Shown here in pieces: positions 58,132 to 64,000 of a DNA stretch of 64,000 nt (positions are counted from its first letter, which is position 1; every line of letters begins with the position of its first letter). The position numbers were made by a program, and so were the translations under genes. The stretch is from an uncultured Actinomycetes bacterium (GTDB lineage: Bacteria > Actinomycetota > Thermoleophilia > UBA2241), in assembly GCA_963767005.1 (NCBI GenBank), contig CAVYCN010000010.1, positions 32,001 through 96,000 of the forward strand, given 5' to 3'. Below the pieces are notes generated by a model. It was not told the DNA's origin. It ran no database searches and worked only from the letters and a program-made list of their open reading frames with translations.

Positions 58132-58719
58132 TCACCAGAGCCGGTCGATCGTCCCGGGATAGAGCTCGATCCGCGCCCGCCGGAACGCGGCGGCGTGCCG
58201 GCGGGCGTGATCGCTCAGAAAGGCCGCCATGACGGTCTTGCCGAGCCCGTCGCTGGGCAGCGGCGCGGCCGGCGTGCCGCCGACCAGGACGGCGCCGGGC
58301 AGCGGCGACCAGCCGGCGCGCCCGTAGAACGTCTCGAGCTCGGGATCGCAGGTAAGCAGGCCCAGGTCGGCACCCGACTCCTGCATGAGCTCGCCGGCGG
58401 CCCTGACGAGGTGTGTGCCGTGCCCGCGACGTCGCCAGCGCCCGTCGGTCACGACCGCGCTCAGCCCGCTCGTCTCGAAGCGCTCGCCCGCGTGGACGAG
58501 GCGTTTGGACAGGACCGCGAGCGCGGCCACGACCGTGTCATCCGCGAGCAAGGCCAAGCAGACGGGGCTCAGCGCCTCGTCGTGGGCGAGCTCGGCCGAC
58601 GCTGCGTCGGGCCACGCGCCCCGTTCGAGCACGGCGATCTGCCGGCGCACGGCGGCAGGCACCGCCGCCTGCGGCCAGCAGGCGACGATCGGCGGCGTCG
58701 GGGCGCCGGGGTCGGTCAC
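58132..58719 (-). CDS. GNAT acetyltransferase (AAC(2')/Eis-like)
   Basis: GGAGGAG RBS; VVTDGRWRRRGHG acetyl-CoA motif and FYGRAGW. Confidence 0.85.
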   Translation of the reverse strand: MTDPGAPTPPIVACWPQAAVPAAVRRQIAVLERGAWPDAASAELAHDEALSPVCLALLADDTVVAALAVLSKRLVHAGERFETSGLSAVVTDGRWRRRGHGTHLVRAAGELMQESGADLGLLTCDPELETFYGRAGWSPLPGAVLVGGTPAAPLPSDGLGKTVMAAFLSDHARRHAAAFRRARIELYPGTIDRLW

Positions 58720-58843
58720 GGTGCTCCTCCGGGTGGCGGTGTCGGTGCGCACCAAGCTCGACGCGCGCGTGCATGGTACACCCACCGGTCCGTCTGCCGC
58801 GACGCCCGCTGCGGCGGGTCGCAGGCGGGTAGACTGCGAGCCG

Positions 58844-59710
58844 ATGGTGGCGAAGGCAACGCCGATAGAGCAGCGCCCGGCGGTGGGCGACTACCACGTG
58901 CACAGCCGCTTCTCGGACGGCCGGGACGGCGTCGCGGCGAGCGTCGCGCAGGCGGCGCGGCTCGGGCTGCCCGAGATCGGCATCAGCGATCACTTCACGC
59001 CGTCGTGCCTGGCCGCGGCCGGCTGCTACGGCATCACGCGTGACCGTCTGGACGGCTATGTGGATGCCGTACGTGCGGTCGCCGCGACGCACACCCGGCC
59101 GCGCGTGCTGCTGGGTGTCGAGGTCGACTACCTGCCCGAGGCCGTGGGCGAGACGCTCGCGACGCTCTCGCGCTTCCGCTTCGACTACGTCCTGTGCTCC
59201 GTCCACTTCGTCGACGGCTTCGGCATCATCGAGGCGGGCGCGGTCGACGACGAGCGCTGGCGCGACGTCGACCGCGTCTGGCGGCGCTACTACGAGACGC
59301 TGATCGAGGCCGTCGGCCTGGGCGTGTTCGACGTCGTCGCCCACCTCGACCTGCCCAAGAAGTGGGGCTTTCGGCCCGCCGCCGAGCTGGGCGCGCTCGA
59401 GGACCGGGCGCTCGCCGCCATCGCCGCCGCCGGGATGGCCATCGAGATCAACACGTCGGGGCTCGACCGTCACCCCGTCGGCGAGATGTACCCGGCTCCC
59501 GGCCTGCTGCGGCGCGCGCGGCTGGCCGGCATCCCCGTCACCTTCGGCTCAGACGCCCACCGGGCGGCGCGCGTGGGCTCGCGCCTCGACGAGGCGCTCG
59601 CCCTGGCGCGCGTCGCCGGCTACACGTCGTTCCTGCGGCTCTCCGACCGCGCGACGGTGCCGCTGCCGTCGTTGCCGGGCCCGCCGCCGCCCGTGCGGTC
59701 CGCGCTGTGA
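58844..59710 (+). CDS. PHP-family histidinol-phosphatase (HisJ-like)
   Basis: DYHVHS, ISDH, GVEVD, SVH, AHLD, EINTSG and GSDAH motifs; TAGACT 8 nt before the ATG. Confidence 0.85.
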   Translation: MVAKATPIEQRPAVGDYHVHSRFSDGRDGVAASVAQAARLGLPEIGISDHFTPSCLAAAGCYGITRDRLDGYVDAVRAVAATHTRPRVLLGVEVDYLPEAVGETLATLSRFRFDYVLCSVHFVDGFGIIEAGAVDDERWRDVDRVWRRYYETLIEAVGLGVFDVVAHLDLPKKWGFRPAAELGALEDRALAAIAAAGMAIEINTSGLDRHPVGEMYPAPGLLRRARLAGIPVTFGSDAHRAARVGSRLDEALALARVAGYTSFLRLSDRATVPLPSLPGPPPPVRSAL

Positions 59711-60330
59711 TCGGCGCCCTCGTCTCGGCGCGCTCCTTCTGGGGCTCCTCGCTGATCGCGGCCTGCTGGGCGCTCTGGGCGGTCGTCTGGGTCGGGGGCG
59801 CGCTCTACGGCGCCCGGCGCGCGCCGGCCGTCGCTCGTAGGGGACTGCCCAGCACGATGTGGCTCGGCGTCATCGTCGTCGGCTGGCTTCTGCTGCGCGC
59901 CCTGCCGCCGACCGAGTGGAGCTTCCTGACTGTGCGCACGGCCTGGCTGCGCGCGCTCGGCGCGGTCGTGCTCGTCGGTGCGACGGCCTTCACCCTGTGG
60001 GCTCGTGTGGCGCTGGGCCGCATGTGGTCGTCGGCGGCCGTCATCCGCGACGCCCACGAGCTGCGGACCACCGGTCCCTACGCGGTGACCCGGCACCCGA
60101 TCTATACCGGCATGCTCGGCATGCTGCTCGGCAGCGTCGTGGTGGCCGGCCTCGGGCGCTGGATCTGCGTGTTCCTGCTCGGTGTCGTCCTCGTGCTCAT
60201 CAAGGCCCGGGCAGAAGAGCGCCTGCTCGCCGAGGCCTTCGGCGCCGAGTACGCCGCCTACCGTACGCGCACGCCACAGCTCGTGCCCGGCCTGCCTCCG
60301 CCGCGTTCGGCCAGGCGCCGGGAGCCCTGA
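59707..60330 (+). CDS. Isoprenylcysteine carboxyl methyltransferase (ICMT/PEMT)-family membrane protein
   Basis: GTGA overlap; HELRTTGPYAVTRHPIY and EERLLAEAFGAEYAAY motifs. Confidence 0.88.
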   Translation: MIGALVSARSFWGSSLIAACWALWAVVWVGGALYGARRAPAVARRGLPSTMWLGVIVVGWLLLRALPPTEWSFLTVRTAWLRALGAVVLVGATAFTLWARVALGRMWSSAAVIRDAHELRTTGPYAVTRHPIYTGMLGMLLGSVVVAGLGRWICVFLLGVVLVLIKARAEERLLAEAFGAEYAAYRTRTPQLVPGLPPPRSARRREP

Positions 60331-60435
60331 GGGGCGCCGCCGGGCGACGCCAGGCGCGCAAGCGAAGCCTCGCCCGCCTGAGCGGCGACGACGAAGTCGC
60401 CCGCCGGCGATAGGCAGAAAGGCAGCCGCCGTCCT

Positions 60436-60464
60436 CTAAGCCGCGGGTCGCAACGCGCCGATAC
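60436..60464 (+). promoter_or_regulatory. sigma28/FliA/WhiG-like promoter
   Basis: CTAAG-N16-GCCGATAC, 69 nt upstream of ATG 60534. Confidence 0.55.
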
Positions 60465-60533
60465 AGTCGTCACATACGACGACATCGAAACGTCGCTACC
60501 TACGACTACCGACGCGGAGCGAGGGGCTCGCCC

Positions 60534-63500
60534 ATGAGTCACGAGCAGGTGAACTGCCTGATCATGCTCTGCGCCAGCGTGCTCATGTTCGCAGAGGCGG
60601 TCCTCGCCCTGCGGCGGTTCCGGTTCCCGGGCGGCGTCGCCATGTGCCTCGCCTTCACGGTGGGCGGCGTCGAGTCGCTCTGCTACGCCCTGGTCTTCCT
60701 GCTCGGCAGCGGCGATACCATGGTGCACCTCGCCGCGGTCTACTCGGTGACAGGGCCGGCGATGGGCGCGTTCTGGTTTGCCTTTGCGGCACGCTTCACA
60801 CGGCTGCGCGCGCTGGGGCGCACCTGGGTCGCGGTGGCCCTCGTGGGAGCCGCGCTGTCGCTGATCGTGGCCGTGACATCGGATCCGGCGCTGATCTACC
60901 CGCCGCACAGCACCCTCACCGCGATGGACTTCGCGCACGTCAACGTGCAGGGCAGCGGCGTGCTGTTCACGATCCAGCTCGTGTGGTTCTACGCGCTCGT
61001 GCTGGCCGGCATGGTGATGCTGCTCGGCGAGGCGCTGCGCTCGTGGGACGTGTTCCGCGGCCAGGCCGAGGCGGTGATCGCGAGCATCGGCATCGCCTTC
61101 CTGCTCGACGTCGCCTTCATGGCGGGCTACACGCCGGTGCGCGGTCTGCACCTGGGGCTCGTCGTCCTCTCCGTCGCCATGCTGCCGCTGATCTGGGCGC
61201 TGCCGGGCCTGCGCGCGTCCGACTACTCGGCGGCCTGGCAGCGGCGCATCCTCGAAGGCATGAGCGACGCCGTGCTCGTCACCGACGACGAGGGCCGGAT
61301 CGCGAGCGCCAACCGCGCGGCACAGCGGCTCCTGACGGTCGAGTCGGGGCGCGAGCACATGGCGCCGGTCCTGAGCGCGTATTCGTGGCTGGCCGAGCTG
61401 GGCGAGGAGATCGACGACCTCGACGCCGACACCGGCGCCGGCTGTACCGTCACGCTGCCCGGCGACGCCGGCGACCGGCACTTCGACGCGCGCCGGTCGA
61501 GCTTGCGCGGTCATGGCGGGCGAGAGCTCAGCCGCGTGCTCGTGCTCCGCGACGTCACCGAGCGCGTCGAGACGGCGAGCGAGCTCGACGACGCCAACAG
61601 CCGGCTGCAGTCGCTCGTCGACGCGAGCCTCGAGTTCGGCGGCTCGCTGAACACGGCCGACGTGCTCTCGGTGGCGGGGCGCCGCATGTGTCAGCTGTCG
61701 GGGGCGGACCTGTGCACGATCTACCGCCTGAAGGGCGGCCGCGCGCAGGAGCTCAAGACGACCAGGGGCACGATCATCGCCGACGAGACCGACGAGGGCA
61801 GCTTCGCCCTCAGCGAGTACGACGTCTCCCGGTCGGCCGTCGAGAGCCACAACGTGATCTGCGTGTCGGATACGAGGGCCGACCCCCGCCTGTCCGACCT
61901 CGAGCGCAGCGACGCCGAGCGGTACGGCTACCGGTCGAGCATCGACGTCCCGCTCGTGTCCGAGGGCACCGTGGTCGGACTCGCCGTGCTGACGAGCGCC
62001 GAGCCCCGTGAGTACGGCCCGCTCGTACTCCTGCCGAGCCTCGCCCATAACGCCGCCCAGGCGCTCGTGAACTCCGAGATGTTCGCCGAGCTGCGCCAGA
62101 CCGCCAAGCGCCTGGCGCTCGTGAGTGAATCCGGCGCGCTCTTCTCGTCGACCCTGGCCGTCGACGACGTGCTCGTGACCTCCTGCCGCCGGCTCTGCGA
62201 GATCGCCGACGCCCCGATCTGCAGCGTGTACGTGCTCGACGAGGGGACGCTGCGCTGTCGCGCCGGCGTGCTCGACGGCGAGGTCGACCGGGTCTGGATG
62301 GCGCAGAGCTTCAGCCTCGACCTGTGGCCGACCACGCGTCTCGCGCTCGAATCCCGCACGGTCGTGGCGGTGGCCGACCTCGACGATCCCCGCCTCGGCG
62401 TCGAGCAGCGCGCCTCGATGGCCGAGCGCGGCGAGGTGAGCCTGCTGGTCGTGCCGCTCGTCGCCCGCGGCGAGGCGTTCGGCGTGGTCGAGCTGATCGA
62501 CCGGCGGCCGCGCCGGTATGCCGCCGACGAGCAGACCACCGTCGAGGCGGTCTGCAGCGCGGCGGCTCTGGCCATCCGCAACGCCGACGCCTACCGTAGC
62601 GAGCAGGAGCACGTTGCCCGTCTGGCCTCGTTGCTCGACGCGAGCCGGGCGATCACCTCGACCGTCGTGCTCGACCGAGTGCTGCCCCTCGTGGCGCAGA
62701 AGACCTGCCAGGCGGTGAGCGCCTCGGAGTGCGTCATCTGGGAGTACGACGCCGAAACCGACGCGCTGATCGAGCGCTCCTACTACAGCTCCACCGGTTT
62801 CGACTACACGCCGAATGATCGCATCGACCTGGCCGAAGACGAAGGCCGTCGCGCTACGATCCTCGCCGGTGGGGCGGTCGAGGAGCAGCAGTCCGACCCC
62901 GAGCTGCCGCCGGCCATCCGTGCGGTCATGGAGCAGTGGGGCGAGCAGACCAAGCTGTCGGTACCGCTCATCTTCGACGGCAGGCCGATCGGCATGCTCG
63001 TCCTGATCGAGCTCGAGCACCCTCGCCACTTCCGGCCCGACGAGCTCGATCTCGTGCAGGCGCTGGCCGAGCAGGCCGCGGTCGTCATCCAGAACGCCCG
63101 GCAGTACGAGCGACTCGAGACCACGGGCAAGCTCCTCGAGTCGCAGGTCGAGCTGCAGCAGGTCGTGCTCGAGCTGTCCGGCAGCCTGCTGTCGACGCTC
63201 GACGGCGGCGACGTGTTCGCACGCATCGCCGGCCTCGTGCAGCGCGTGGTCGCCAACGACAACCTCGAGATCCGCCTCGTCGACCGCGAGGCCGGCGAGC
63301 TGTACTGCGCCTACGCGAGCGCCGAAGAGGAAGACTACGTGAAGAACTGGCGCTCCTCGCTCGACGCGGGCGTGAGCGGCTGGGTCGTCCAGCACAACGA
63401 GGCGCAGCTCGTGAACGACATGCCGGGCGACCCGCGCGTCGCCGTCGTACCGGGCACCGACCCCGATCCGCAGGCCTCGATCCTCGTGCCGCTCACAGTC

Positions 63501-64000
63501 GACGGCGAGGTCATCGGCGTGCTCGCGCTCGATCGCATGGAGGGTCGCACGTTCGCCGACCACGAGCTCGAGTCGGCCAGGCTCTTCGCCAATCTGGCGG
63601 CCATCGCCATCCGCAACGCGCAGCAGTACCAGCACGTACGGACGGTCTATGCGAACAACCTGCGGACGCTCTGCATCGCGCTGAACGCCAAAGACCACTA
63701 CACCCTGGGCCACACGGCCCGCGTCGCGGCCTACATGGTCCTGCTGGGCAAGCAGCTCGGCTGGTCGGTGGACATGGTGAGCCGAGTGGGCGAGGCGGCC
63801 TACCTGCACGACATCGGCAAGATCGGCATCCCCGACCGCGTCCTGACCAAGCCCGGCAAGCTCAACCAGCGCGAGTGGGAGATGATGCGCGGCCACCCGG
63901 CTCTCTCGGCCGAGATCATCAAGCCACTCTACGACGACGATGTCGTGCTGGGTGTCCGTCACCACCACGAACGCTACGACGGCCGCGGCTATCCGGACGG
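60534..64000 (+). CDS. 7TM sensor-PAS-4xGAF-HD-GYP cyclic-di-GMP phosphodiesterase (3' truncated)
   Basis: Translated by hand; absent from the track because it runs off the window. It shows a hydrophobic N-terminus, EGMSDAVLVTD..GRIASANRAA (PAS), four GAF-like repeats with (V)PL...G(L/V/M), and KDHYTLGH...YLHDIGK...HHHERYDGRGYPD in the same frame. Confidence 0.9.
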   Translation, partial: MSHEQVNCLIMLCASVLMFAEAVLALRRFRFPGGVAMCLAFTVGGVESLCYALVFLLGSGDTMVHLAAVYSVTGPAMGAFWFAFAARFTRLRALGRTWVAVALVGAALSLIVAVTSDPALIYPPHSTLTAMDFAHVNVQGSGVLFTIQLVWFYALVLAGMVMLLGEALRSWDVFRGQAEAVIASIGIAFLLDVAFMAGYTPVRGLHLGLVVLSVAMLPLIWALPGLRASDYSAAWQRRILEGMSDAVLVTDDEGRIASANRAAQRLLTVESGREHMAPVLSAYSWLAELGEEIDDLDADTGAGCTVTLPGDAGDRHFDARRSSLRGHGGRELSRVLVLRDVTERVETASELDDANSRLQSLVDASLEFGGSLNTADVLSVAGRRMCQLSGADLCTIYRLKGGRAQELKTTRGTIIADETDEGSFALSEYDVSRSAVESHNVICVSDTRADPRLSDLERSDAERYGYRSSIDVPLVSEGTVVGLAVLTSAEPREYGPLVLLPSLAHNAAQALVNSEMFAELRQTAKRLALVSESGALFSSTLAVDDVLVTSCRRLCEIADAPICSVYVLDEGTLRCRAGVLDGEVDRVWMAQSFSLDLWPTTRLALESRTVVAVADLDDPRLGVEQRASMAERGEVSLLVVPLVARGEAFGVVELIDRRPRRYAADEQTTVEAVCSAAALAIRNADAYRSEQEHVARLASLLDASRAITSTVVLDRVLPLVAQKTCQAVSASECVIWEYDAETDALIERSYYSSTGFDYTPNDRIDLAEDEGRRATILAGGAVEEQQSDPELPPAIRAVMEQWGEQTKLSVPLIFDGRPIGMLVLIELEHPRHFRPDELDLVQALAEQAAVVIQNARQYERLETTGKLLESQVELQQVVLELSGSLLSTLDGGDVFARIAGLVQRVVANDNLEIRLVDREAGELYCAYASAEEEDYVKNWRSSLDAGVSGWVVQHNEAQLVNDMPGDPRVAVVPGTDPDPQASILVPLTVDGEVIGVLALDRMEGRTFADHELESARLFANLAAIAIRNAQQYQHVRTVYANNLRTLCIALNAKDHYTLGHTARVAAYMVLLGKQLGWSVDMVSRVGEAAYLHDIGKIGIPDRVLTKPGKLNQREWEMMRGHPALSAEIIKPLYDDDVVLGVRHHHERYDGRGYPD

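Noticed and set aside
58132-58719. Bona fide aminoglycoside resistance gene
   Set aside because: Only generic GNAT motifs are visible; there is no mobile context and the substrate cannot be assigned.
60258-63968. 1236-aa minus-strand ORF
   Set aside because: In-register antisense shadow of the plus-strand HD-GYP gene, with no motifs of its own.

Overview
Very GC-rich (roughly 70% by eye) bacterial chromosomal segment with about 39 CDS. Gene content and codon style suggest Actinomycetota, possibly Thermoleophilia-like; this is inference. No rRNA, tRNA, CRISPR array, integrase, transposase or reverse transcriptase was seen. The window holds: secreted hydrolases (C45 Ntn hydrolase, clostripain-propeller fusion); an APC permease with two non-pyrrolysine MttB-family methyltransferases; a coupled DHH phosphoesterase and mevalonate-kinase-like GHMP kinase with an altered substrate motif; an ECF sigma/anti-sigma pair; an LCP gene followed by a signal peptidase I homolog lacking its catalytic Lys; transporters and peptidases; MltG; an L,D-transpeptidase; two giant repetitive surface proteins (2401 and 2975 aa); and a truncated 7TM-PAS-4xGAF-HD-GYP protein missing from the ORF track. 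The best candidate for an undescribed system is the pair of giant surface proteins. They share a 17-bp upstream box at an identical 19-nt distance from a sigma28/WhiG-like GCCGA element. They carry related Lys-rich TWKV domains at opposite ends, and one ends in a DUF1566-type domain resembling a DGR target. Similar sigma28-like promoters precede the DUF4091 glycosidase and the HD-GYP gene. All calls come from manual motif reading; no searches were run.
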